A stretch of 64,000 nt of DNA from the human T2T-CHM13v2.0 reference genome, Homo sapiens: assembly GCF_009914755.1 (NCBI RefSeq), contig NC_060927.1. The stretch is one strand, 5' to 3'. A model generated the notes under the pieces. That model was not told the DNA's origin and made no database searches. It worked only from the letters and a program-made list of their open reading frames with translations. The position numbers and the translations under genes were made by a program. Position 1 is the stretch's first letter, and each line of letters begins with the position of its first letter. Below are positions 43,950 to 56,739 of this stretch, one piece after another.

Positions 43950-45821
43950 GTACTCTCAGGAGACTGTTTTGTGCTTTCCAAATTTGGAAAGCATCTATAA
44001 ACTGCTATATTTACTTACGAGTATTCAAGAAAAGATTAGAAACTTCTAGAAGGCAGAAATCTGCCCTGTGAACTTGGTAAATGTAAGTTTACTAAATATG
44101 TATGAGAGCTTCAATTTAGTAAGTTCAAGCAGATGCTAGCAGAGCAGTAATCAGGATAAGGACACATGGATTGGACAAAGCAGAAAGTGAGCCCTACCAC
44201 AGGGATTGGCAAACTACTGGGGTACGCACATGGTGACGCGATCATCAAATGTCATTCTGTTCACACTCAGAAAAAGCCACATGGAAGTGATAGAAAACTG
44301 TTGGATGAGGCACTGTTCAGTGCTTTTCCTAATTTACCATCTTGGCATTTTGTTCAACCATTGCTGATTCCCTATATATTTCCTTTCACTGACTTAGTGA
44401 ATTGAACACATGGTTTTGTTGTTAGACTTACACTGTCTTCGTAGATGGCAGGCTTAAATCATAAAAAAGTAGAAGACATCGGATCAAACTTTTATTTATT
44501 TTCTCTTTTATCCCTTCTGACTATTTTCCAAATGCTTTTGCTTAGGACTCTTGTGAAACCCTGAACAGTGAAACATACAGCTAACTCACTGTTCTATTGG
44601 TTTTATAAAGCACAGAGAGCTGGGTTTACAGGACAGAGAACAAACTACTGAGAAGTGAAAAGCACAGAAGAAAATACATTCAGTTCCAGTGCTGGCTTGT
44701 CTACTTCCATCAAATGCAGCCAAGTCGTTAAAAAATAGAAAAGTCGGCTGTGCTAATATGCATAAATTAATCAGACATTTTACCCTGCTCTACTCTAATC
44801 TTAAAGGACCGCAACAAAATTTACTTTACTTGAGCACTGATAAAGAGCAGTCAAGCTGCTGCAGCAAAAGCAAATAAATTAACATGTAAATGCAAGCAAA
44901 GTGTCAGTTTTTTAAAACTTAGGAACTGTTAAGACTATTGTTTAGCAGAGTATTATTTATTGTTCCTATACCTGATTAGCTTTAGCTGCGTATTTAAACC
45001 TCTCCTTTTTGCATGGATTATAATGAGAATAATTTCTGAATCTCATAGTCTGAAAAATTAAAATAATGAATAACCACAAGAAATCTCTGCATTGCCTAAC
45101 AATTTTAGACCAGTCATAGTCCTCCAACCATCAGAAATCAGAGGAAATAATGCACAAAAATATTATACAGCATATACTTTTTAGAGGACATAAAAAGAAT
45201 GACAGCGGTGGGTGACAGCATTACCAAATCGTACCAGTAATTCTTAATTTCTTGTTGATAAGCAAAATTATATTTATCAATTTATCAATGTATGTAAATC
45301 TATTAATATTGCAGTTTTGTAATTATCCACATCAGCTATGTAAGTGTTATGACTTAGTGTAAATATTTTGATACTTAGCTTTATTCTAATTCTTTATAGA
45401 TAAATAAGGGTTTGATATATGCAGATGCAATCTGGAACAATGAACAAGGGTGATATAGGGAGAAAGCTACACATAGAAGATGAAGAGTCATGAGTTCCAT
45501 TCTCAGGAAAGGCTAAAATCTTTGAATGGAATGTCAAGAAATACAAACTTCATTGTTTGTTAAGCCTGTTTTACTCAGGGAATGAACTGTCACCCTTCCT
45601 ATGGGGGGGAAAAAAAACAGAAGCAATTTTCTACCCAGTTCAGGTCCACTTCAGTAAATCCAGAGATGAACATATGACAGTTATATGTTATACATGGGTA
45701 GAAAATGTGAACATGCCTCACAAGTATAGAACTTTAGTCTCTTCTTCAACTAACTAGCTGTGTGGCCTTGGTCAACCCCAACAATCTCTCGGTCGCATTT
45801 GTGGAAATGAAGTAGATTGGA

Positions 45822-45988
45822 CCCAAAGTGACAAATCATTTACACATCAAGTGCCAACAATGAGCTGTAAGAAGCTGCTTGGTGCTATGTGTTGAAATAG
45901 AATGTGTACTTGTGTCACGGCTCAACAAGTAAGAATGGGGGTGGGCTATGGGCCTTTGCAGTTCAAGTGCTGCTATTTGCTACTCCTG
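45822..45988. mobile_element. MER102-like DNA transposon inside a MIR
   Basis: GTGACAAATC..CATCAAGTGCCAAC...GCTATTTGCTACTCCTG termini. Confidence 0.5.
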
Positions 45989-46501
45989 AATTGGTTTATT
46001 TCTGAGTAATTTCTCATTCTAAATCTTTCTGACTCTATGATTTAACATGAAGATAATAGGTAATGCTGAAACACCAAGGAAAGCAGGCTTTAGGAAAGGT
46101 TCCAGTACCTAAAAATATCACTTTCAACTATACTACCTTATATAGTGTTTAAATTTCTCTAATCGTTCATTTTTTCTTATTTAAGGCAATGAATTATCAG
46201 AACTATACCTTGGTTCAAATGAATTGATGAACTTAGCTAACCTAAGATGATAGAAGGCCTGGGGAGAAATTAGATCTATAATAAACATATTTGTGTAAGT
46301 AAAAAGAAGAAAAGTTTCATAAAGAACTTTTGGGACATTACTGTCAATAAAGGTAGTGCTGACTGAGACAATGAGCAGCACAGCAACCGGGAAACCACAG
46401 GACTGGTCTTGTTGCCAAATACTAGGAGTGTCTTAGAAGCCAGGGATGAGGTATTGACCAAATACAAAAAAGATACACAGATACAAATATAAAAGAAAGC
46501 T

Positions 46502-46543
46502 CACTTTGGGAGGCCAAGGCGGGTGAATCACGAGTCAGGAGAT
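46502..46543 (+). mobile_element. isolated Alu left-arm fragment
   Basis: CACTTTGGGAGGCCAAGGCGGGTGAATCACGAGTCAGGAGAT. Confidence 0.85.
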
Positions 46544-47194
46544 AAAGTCTCTTCTGCTAAAGGAAGTTGAGACAATTTGGTGCTTTTTCAAGATTGAATA
46601 CATCAATAGAGATCATTCCTATTACCCAGAATTACAGCTCATTTTTCTACCTTGCTAAATCTAGATAGAAAGGTCTAAATAAAAATAATAGGGTACATTC
46701 ATTGGAACTAGAATCACCAACCACATCAGTTTACCTTTAACATAATTAAATTGAGAAAAGTAATATATTTGATTCTATAAATGTTTTAAATATTAACAGT
46801 ATTAAAAATCATTAACATTTAACAACGTTTAAGTGAGAAAACATAAATCATATGCACTACGACCATTTAAAATGAAAATTTACAGTAACTGGATGAAAAC
46901 ACAAAACTTCATCTAAATGTCAAATATCTGTTAAAGACTAAGTGAAAATTATTATTGTTTGTATGCTTACTTCTCGCTGTTAAACATTATGGATAAGGAT
47001 TTACATAACATTAAATATTTATATTGGTGAAATATAAATGATTCTTAATTCACATAACATTTGCATATATAAAATGTGATACGTAGAAAACTGATAAACA
47101 GTCTGTATTTGGTAACCTAAATAAAGGCATGATTTACTCCCATCTACCTATCCATTTGTTCATCATTTAACCAATATGTATCTTGGTACATATC

Positions 47195-48025
47195 ATGTTT
47201 TACATTGTGTTTTCCCAGAAATAATAAAAAGATAATGACTAGAGTAGTGCAAGTAGTTTATTTGGGAAGTGATCTCAGGAAGCATTAGGTATTAGGGAAG
47301 AGAGACAGGAAATGAAAAGAAGCCAGTGGAAGGTACATTAATGAGCAGATCACTGTTGTGAGCAAATGGGGCTCAATCCCACTGGTGGCCATTAGAAGAC
47401 AATTTGTGTGGATTATATCTCAGAGTTCTCCCAGGTCAGGGGTGAAGATGCTGGGGTATTTTTCTACTAACTTTGAATAGTTATTAGTAAATTGCTAAAG
47501 TGTGAATGTTTGTGTTCCTCCAAAATTCATGTTGAAACTTAATCTCCAATTCAGTAATATTAAGAGGTTGGGCCTTTAGGAGGTGACTAGATCATGAGGA
47601 CTTTTGTGAATGGGATTAAGACATTCATAAAAGAGCCTTTACAGGGCATCTGGCAGCCCTTTGCCCTTCAGCCTTCCACCATGTGAAAGCACAGCAAGAA
47701 GGGCCTCACCGGACACTAAATGCTAGCTTCTTGATCTTTGACTTGGCAGCCTCCAGAACTGCAAGAAATCAATCTCTTCTCTTTTCTGTATAAATTAGCC
47801 AGTTTCAAGTATTTCAATACAGTGACACGAACAAACTAAGACAGGGTGTCAACTCACTGGCACTTCTAAACTTGCCCACTGTGTATTCTCCCATGGCCAG
47901 AGAAGTCTTTCAAGCAGACCATTACAGGGCCTGACAGACAAGAAGTCATTGGTAGAAACTGATCACCGAGCAGATTTGGTCAGGCCATGAGCAAAATTTA
48001 CAAGAGCCAGGGAGAATGTTAGACA
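47195..48025 (-). mobile_element. ERVL LTR16C-like LTR, interrupted by an MST element
   Basis: GTGCAAGTAGTTTATTTGGGAAGTGATCTCAGGAAGCA, GGGGCTCAATCCCACTGG. Confidence 0.75.
47493..47843 (+). mobile_element. MaLR LTR, MSTC/MSTD/MLT1A1-like
   Basis: TGCTA..GTGTGAATGTTTGTG..CCAAAATTCATGTTGAAACTTAATC; ends AACTAAGACA. Confidence 0.85.
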
Positions 48026-49639
48026 TTACATAGAGAAAATTGAAACAGAGACTTTGCCTTTGTGAAGTTTCCAGTAAAATGGGTAAACTTTGGAAATCAA
48101 TGATTATAATACAATAGGGAATGACCAAAATGAAGTTTGTGCACAAGTAGAAAGAGAACATAGGTGTCCTTTGGATTTTATTTAAAAATTACTTCAATAT
48201 TTGAGCCCAAATTATTTTATGTCATACAGTTGCTGCCTCTCACCTTTAATTTTATAGAGAATGAAAGAAAATGGTCATTTTCAAGATTTTCAAGTGATGA
48301 GACAAAATGCTGTATGGCAGCTATAATTAATAATGGCAAAGATAATTGATTATATGTTGTCAGTTACATCAGAGAAAGTTAAAGACATTTTACTGGAGTT
48401 GAATCTCATAAGATTCCAGTAAACCATATTGAGAAGTTTAGTAGCTTGGTTAGCTTTTCTGCAAAGTGTAAAATGTAATGTAGTAGTAGATTTCCTAATG
48501 CAAAGAAAAATATGTACAGCTTTAGTCATATGACCTCTGAAGCACTTTGGTGATTTAATCATCATCAGGAAAAACCGCTAGCAGGAAGGTTTAACCTACT
48601 AAGAAAACAGGTTTTTGTTTCCTTAAAATAAAACTATCTTTGCAATTTTTGATCTTGTCAATACTTTAAAGCGAGCTGATGCCTATACCAAAAGCTGTCC
48701 GAGGTTGCAGCCACGACCACTTCCAAACTGAAGCTGGAAGCTAAATAATGACCTACTGGGGATAAACTTTTACATCTCAGAAGCAGAATTAACTCCTGTA
48801 TTTTCCTGTGTTCATATAAAAAGTTCAAGCTTTGGAAACTATCAATATTTACACATAAGTATGATTTTAACCATGCTACGGGAGGATAATAATCTTTATA
48901 AATCAGTGAATTTTTATAATAATATGTATTTAAAATTAGAGAGCTTTTAGAAAAAAGCTCTCAAGTTATAAATTTTTCTTTGTATTCTCTCCTGAATCTA
49001 TTTTATATAGATTTCCCGGATGTCTACATTTGACACTTAACACCAAATAACACTTTTTATTGAAGTCACATTTACTGAAACCCATGGAGTAACACATTCA
49101 GCAGTCAACATACTCCTTTTTTCCATTAAATTAAGAAGATTGCTCCAATTCAAGAACTACTCAGATTATTTTGTTCATTACCTGCATGAATGAATGCATT
49201 CTGTAACATTCTCTAAAGGAAAGAAGGAATTTAAGGCACCCTGCAAAAATGTACACAATAAAATGTAGTAAAAGTGGGTGAAGAAAACAGAAAAAAGAGA
49301 AAATGTATAGAAAGGAGAAGATATAAAGAAATGTGAGAGACGAAATTACACAAAATTTCTTAGAACTGAGGCAACATTTGAATGTAAGCTTTCTAACAAC
49401 TAATGCAAAGACAGAACCATCACACATAGTTGATTTGAAGAGATTATCAGATAAAACCAAAATTTGTCAGTCTAACCTTAAATGTAATGCAAAATTTAGA
49501 GACACATTTATTCCACAAAGCCTAGCATATATAGTGACAATATCCTCAAAATTACAGTTTTTATAAATATGATGAAAGGTTTATAAGGCTATTTCTGATA
49601 AGCTCTTTATAGAAATTGTCTGTAACACTAAAACTTATA

Positions 49640-49850
49640 ATGAAAACACTGAGTTGTCACCATGTGCTAGTCACCTTACTAAGTGTTTAGGTCATTTGGC
49701 CATCATAACCACCCTATACAATGGTTAAAATTTGTTACCCTCTTTCAACAAATTAGGAAAATAGCTTAGGAAAGTTAAATAAATTGTCCAGGATGGTATA
49801 TCTGTTAGAGGCATGGAAAGAATTCAAACTGACCCCAAATTCAGGCTTTG
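49640..49850 (-). mobile_element. MIR SINE
   Basis: CCATGTGCTAG, TCATAACCACCCTAT, GTTAAATAAATTGTCCAGG. Confidence 0.6.
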
Positions 49851-51214
49851 AGATGCCAGGCTTTAGGAGTTCCCACTGGTGAGGCTTTATGTCATGGTAT
49901 CTAAAACATACTTATGTTAACAAACAGAAAAATCCAGCAATATGGAGCTTATGTAAATATTTTAAATTATTACAAGTAGAAGTGTGCTTTGGCTCTCATA
50001 GGATTTGGGCTCCCTAGGGGATTAAATAGGAACTCAGAGCAATATACTTTGAGCAATATAACTTCTTAATGTTCCTTCCAAGATAAGCAGGTTGCAAAAT
50101 GGGTTCTCTGAAACTGAATGAGTAAACCTGTTTCGTATGAGTGTTAGTTGTGAGCTAACTAAATTATGGGGAATGGTTACACGACTTATGATTTTGAAAT
50201 TAAGAACAGGCTTATCTCTCTGGCTTGAGGAGGAAAAGACAGGGAATAGGCATCTTGTTCAACCAAAATTGGCATGAAATGATTAAATAACAGGTTAAAT
50301 AGGAAAGGTATCTGAATTCACACTGATTTATTCCACTATTTTTTTTTTACAAAAAAAATGATATTCTTTTAACTTTAAATTAGACTTAAATTGAATATTT
50401 TAGATATTTACTTTTAAATAAACTTAATGGTTACAAATTTCTAACTTGATCAACATTACTGGTAATATTACCATTGATTATTAATAATGATTAAAAAGTA
50501 TTTACATGAAAGGATGTCCATTATTCCCAATAAAAGAAGAAATTAAGAAAAATATTCACTTTTCTATATTACAGCATTTAGATGACAAAGGTAGAAATCT
50601 TTTTATCTAATATAATCGTAACAATCATTTAAAGGATTTGTGGATTTTAAAAACGTAATTTCATGTGGCACAATTTCTTAACATCTGAACATGGTACTCT
50701 ACTGCCCTCTCATGGATATTACAGAAGTAACAAGAAGAATAAAGTCAACTTAAAAAGGGTCAACAAAATGAACTTTGTTTAAATAAAACCTGTGATTTGT
50801 AACAGACGCACAATTAAATAAGTATTTTTATGCAGAATATCGCTTTTATGAAATGTCATAAAATGTTTAGACACAGGTACTTTAAATAATTATGAAGTAA
50901 AATAAATGAAGCGTACTTTACTTATAGAATTGTGAACTATGGAATTGCTAATGTCTCTCTTATTCCAAAATCCCATTGTTCTAAAGTATGCCATTATTTC
51001 CCTGAGTTTAGTAGTCTCAGGTGACTGCCATAGAGAAAATAACTTTAGTTTGGTAATCCCTCCAAACCATAAATTGTTTTGCCATGATTGATAAATTTCT
51101 TCATGGAACAAAAAGTAAGAAATCTTAGAAAACTGTAAATATAAATATAAGTAGAAATCCAAGCATGGTGCTTAACATCTGAGATTGCATTTGTGAGGTG
51201 AGGGAGGGAGTGAA

Positions 51215-51320
51215 AACATGGTTGCTGCATATAGTTTTACAGGTTGTAGACTGTACATCTCCAAAGGGTGTTGCCTAGATAAGACATTTTAAAATGATTG
51301 CCCACATGTAAATTACACCA
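51215..51320. mobile_element. MER91-like DNA transposon fragment
   Basis: GCATATAGTTTTACAGGTTGTAGACTGTAC resembles the MER91 terminus. Confidence 0.45.
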
Positions 51321-52608
51321 TTAGGTATACTTCTAGTATTTTGAATTAAGCAATTCAACTTTTTTTTCCCAATGATATCGGTAAGAGGTTAGGGAAATTC
51401 ATTCATGTTGGTGTGGAAGAACAGCCTCTCGATGGTTAAGACAAACAAAGAGCAGATAGCTGTTTTGTCTCTGAAGCCTGATATCCTTGATCTGACCTAG
51501 CACCTCTTCTGTTAACAGTCATAGTTCTGGGTTTAGAATTTCACAGGCCTTAGGAACATGATGTAAGCACTATTTTAACACTGTTTCTTAATTCATTTCA
51601 TACATACAAATTTGAGCATTTCACATGTACTTTCCATTACTGCTTTGTAGATAAAAGTTTTTAGAAACATTTGCAAGTCTTATAACATTATCAACCAGAC
51701 TGAAAAATTTTTAGTTTTTAACATGGAATATGATCAGAGACATAAGAAACTATCACCTGCTATTGTACTGTTTTTTCAGGGATTACCTAATTCTAAAAAA
51801 TTGAATATTAATTATCTTAAATATAAAGGAATCAAGTCCAGATTAACTGTTCTACAGGGGCTACAAAGCCCAGGGATAGGACGTCCTGTGGTGCTGCCAA
51901 GAATACCACCCGCCTGATGAACTTTGCCATTGGCACTGGCTTCAGAAGGAATCTGCTTGGAACTTAATATAGAAAAAACACCTTGTCAGCTACTTAACAT
52001 GGATTAAGAATATAAATCAACATCTTCATTACTATAAAATTAGTCAAAAGAAATGTTAAATAAAAATACAAGGCATTGACTTATGTCCGAGGCCAAATCT
52101 GTAAAATCATATCTTCTTGTCATATAAACTGAAATGCAGTCTAGACTAATTTACTACTATTTTAATCTTAAAATGTTATATTTAGACATAATTTGTTGGG
52201 GGGAATATGCTTTTGTTTGTGAATGCTTAAATGATTTATTAATAATTCTTATCACCTTTTATTGCTCTATCCTCTACTTTTTCAACTGGTTTTGATTCCA
52301 TAATGGCCTTCTCCTCTAGCTTCTTAGAGTTGCTCTGTTTTGAGTCACTGCCTCTCCCAAAATAGGTTTTGATCATTTGCTCTGCTTTTATAGCTAGCTT
52401 ATGGTTACTTCAGCCACTGTGCAGGACAGGTTGCTGGGGCCTCTTAGGCAGTGGTAGATTGGAAGATATGCTGTTTTACTATCTCTCCAGTAGATTTTGT
52501 GTCACAGGATTCCCTGGGATTTCTCTGCTGAACTGTTTTAGGAGATATCTGATGAGCTTTTACTAGTGAGTATTTATTCAGCATCTACTGCATATTAGGT
52601 ATTGCGGC

Positions 52609-52893
52609 TTTTTAATTTTTTTATTTTTTGAGACAGGATCTCACATTGTAACCCAGGCTGGAGTGCAGTGGTATGACTTTGGTGATCCTCCTGCCTCAGC
52701 CTCCCAAGTAGCTGGGACCACAGGCATGCTCCAACATACTCAATTTTTTTTCTTTTTTCTTTTTTTTTTTTTGGTAGAAACAGGATCTCACTATCTTGAC
52801 CAGATTAGTCTTGAAGTCCTAGTCTCAAAGCACTCACTTCATTCAACCTCCCAAAGTACTAGGATTACAGGTGTGATTCACCATGTCCTGCTG
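52609..52893 (-). mobile_element. AluJ with ~35-bp internal deletion
   Basis: GAGACAGGATCTCAC, GATCCTCCTGCCTCAGCC, CTCACTAT.TTG. Confidence 0.88.
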
Positions 52894-52931
52894 CATTTTT
52901 TTTTAATGTGGGGGACTTAATGAAGGTAGAG

Positions 52932-53306
52932 TGCCTTAGTTTACTAGGGCTGCCACAACAAAATACCACAGACTAGTGGCTTAAATAACAGACATTTATC
53001 CCTCACAGTTGTGGAGGATAGAAGTCTAAACTTCAGGTGTTGGAAGTTTGGTTTCTCCTTTGGCCTCTTTCCTCAGCTTGCAGATGACACCTTTCCCACT
53101 GGGTCCTCACAGGACATTTTCTTTGTGTGCTGCATCCCTTCCTCTTCTTATGAGGACACCAGTCATGTTGGATTAAGGGCTATACCCTTATGACCTCGTA
53201 TAAGCTTAATTACTTTTTTAAGAGTTCTATCCTCAAATAGTGTCACACTGGGGATTAGGGCTTCAACATATCTACTTGGAAGAGACACAATTCAACTCTT
53301 AATACA
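52932..53306 (-). mobile_element. MaLR LTR, MLT1B-like
   Basis: TTAGTTTACTAGGGCTGCCACAACAAAATACCACAGACT, TCTTCTTATGAGGACACCAGTCATGTTGGATTA. Confidence 0.88.
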
Positions 53307-54464
53307 CAGCACAACACTTAAATATTTCAGCTTTGAGTTCAGACCACCATAGTCTGAATTCCATCTCTACTCTTTACTAGCTGCACGATACCACACAAAT
53401 CATTTAAAAGAAAACTAAGCTGTCTGAACGCATTCACCTAAATTTAGTGAGTAATAATACAATCTAGCTTATAGTGCTATCACTTATTTCAATTAATACT
53501 AAAACAAAAACCTCTATGAGGCAGTTCTTGAGAACAAGCTTTAAATATGTTTTCCTAATTACCGTTTATAACCATAAGACATTTCATAGGAACCGAAACA
53601 AGCCCTTGAAAAGTATTTTTAAATGAGTACAATATTAAAAACAATGACTTTTAATGGCAGAAGAGAACTTTGAGACCATCTTCTTTACACCCATAAACCA
53701 AAATGAATCACCAAGTTGTATTTTTCTTCTGACTAGACCATATTCAACATCTGAAAGACTACTGAAAATAACACATAGAAATGCAAAGTTGCTTTATATC
53801 TAAATTATTTTTATTTAAAGACAGCCTGATAAAGCTGCCTGGTTGTTGCCTACTGTGAATTATGTTTCTCTAAAACAATGTGTTTTCATTTTATCAACTT
53901 CATCAGTAAAGCCAAAATCTGAAGAAGCATAATTTCAACCTTCCTCTTTCACTTACTTCTAAACACTCACTGTCTTAGCGATCTGTAAATAATTGACCAG
54001 CCAAGCACTGAAGCACAAAGACAAATAGATCAATAGTCCTCCTGCAAGCGCTTACAGCAGGGAGAGAAACCGTTTCCCTTCATTTCCTATCACACAGGAC
54101 CTCATGCATGAATCAATCTGCAGTCTGCAGCCCCCAGATTTAACTCAGCATGCATAATCAGCAACAACTGCTGAAGTCTTTGATTAAACTTTTAAATTGC
54201 CTCTTAATATGATGTAAATGGAAAAAGGTATTGATTAAAGAACCTTAAAATGGTAACCTGTTAAAATGAGAAAGGACAAACGCTTTGAGTTGGTGAGCCT
54301 GTACAGAAGGATGACTAGCGTGCACAATGCACAAAGGATCTCCAAAGCACAAATGCAAAACAAACAGTAATCATACCTACTGGTCCTCATGTTCCTGGGC
54401 TTGCAAAACTTAGGGGAAGTTGTTGAATGATGTGATTTTTTTTTTTTTTTTTAAATAATGACAA

Positions 54465-55053
54465 GTGAGAATTGCTGGGTAAACACAATCCCCTGTACCT
54501 GGGCATTTTAAAAGTTTTCTTTCCCTTTCTCTTGGGTTTCATTATATAACCTTGAAGCAAACTGCAACAGCTTTTTCCTTTAGCCTTAAAATAGACTCTA
54601 CATCCCTCACTTTCTCACTGTATATATTCCCTTTACATTTATCTAACTGTATGTTAGTATCTATGTGTCTTAGAAGTTCAAGGGGCTAATCTTAAGACAG
54701 ACAGATCAAGTCTGGAGACCCAGCTACAGAATTCCAGAGATTAATTCAAACTGGCTAGCTAACAACCTGATCATTACTGAGATGACACCAGCCCAAGGTC
54801 AGGTGGACTGATAGCCACTAGAGCAACATGCACAAATATCGTCTCAGCCCAATTTTTGCCTGACTTCTTTATCAAGTTTTCTTTTTTTAAACCCCTTCCT
54901 TCCCCCTCAAAATCAAAGCTGTTACCTTGGGTAAAAATCTGACTGCTTCCCCTTTACTAGTTTTAGTTAATAAGTTTACCTTCTTTCTACCAGAACTTGC
55001 TCTTACTAATTGAAGCTTGCAAGTGACAAGCATCAGGACCTGCATTCGGCTGA
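54465..55053 (+). mobile_element. ERV1 solo LTR (MER67/MER31 group)
   Basis: GGAGACCCAGCTACAGAATTCCAGAGATT; end GCAAGTGACAAGCATCAGGACCTGCATTCGG. Confidence 0.65.
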
Positions 55054-55229
55054 AGTCATCAAAGGGTTTCCATTTTTACCCTAAAAAATTGTTTTTTTTC
55101 CACTGTAATTGATTCTGGATTTTATAGAAGTAACTAGTTGTGGATCTCATTTCCCAATAATAGTATTTTCTCAAACATAAAATTATAGTAAGTATATCAA
55201 ATGAAATATTGTCTACTATGAAAAATGTA

Positions 55230-56070
55230 TGTATTGACTCTAATCATACTAAAAATATTGAGCACTAAATATATGTCAGAATCTTTTCTAGGTGCTGATG
55301 ACACAGCCATAAAGAAAAGTGACAAAGCTCTCTGCATTTGTAGAGCTTAATTTCAAAAACAGAAAGAGAAAAAAATAAGATAATAAGTGTCATATAGGGT
55401 TTCTTGAATAATAAGTTCTATGGAAGAAAGAAGAACAGAGAGTATATATATGGGGGAGGTAACAATTTGGATATGGAAAGTACCAAGAAAGGCCTACTGA
55501 GACGGTGACATTCGAGTCACATGCTAAAGGGGGTGAAGAAATGAGTCATGCATGCAGTTTTCTGAAAATACTTTAAACAGAGGCAACATCAAATGCAAAG
55601 GCCCTGATGTAGAAATCAAGCTTCCTTTGCATTGGCAAAAGATGAAGTAAAGCAGTATGGGTGAACGCCATAAGTGACTGGAAAAGGAGCAAGAAATGAT
55701 TTAAGAAAAGTATTAGGAGATAAGATCATATAGGGCTTTGGAGGCAACTTTAAAGACTACTTTTATTCCAAATGCAATGGGTTGTCATGGAGGACAACCA
55801 TGACATTCTTTCCTTTGAGCAAAAGAAGAATAGCATCTGACATCTGTTCTGATAGAAACACTCTGGATGATGAGTTGATAGATTGTTGGGAGTGATTAGA
55901 ATAGCATAAGATGAGATGCAATGGGATGAGACAGGATGGAAGAGAAGAGAAGAGAAAAGAGAAAAAGTGGAGGGGAGAAGCGGGGGAGACTGAATTACCA
56001 AGAAGGTAGGAGGAGTAGATCTTAAAGTGAGAAGTTCAAGAGTACAGTTTTACACAAGTTATATTTGAGA
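55230..56070 (-). mobile_element. L2 (resumes at 63637-64000 after the L1 insertion)
   Basis: ATTGAGCACT...CTAGGTGCTG, AGCAAATGCAAAGGCCCTGA-like; collinear continuation after 63636. Confidence 0.75.
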
Positions 56071-56331
56071 TATTTATTTATATAATTAGTTTTTAAAATC
56101 TTTATGGGTACATGGTAGATGTATATATTTACGGGATATTTTGGTGTATATATTGATGAGGTAAGTGTATATATTTATGAAATATTTTGATACAAGCATA
56201 AAATGTGTAATCACACCACGGTAAATGGGGTATGCATTACCTCAAGCATTTATCATTTCTTTGTTACAAACTTTCCAATTGTACTCCCTCAGCTATTCTA
56301 AAATGTATATAAAATGTACAACAAAAAATTA

Positions 56332-56739
<408 letters not shown>

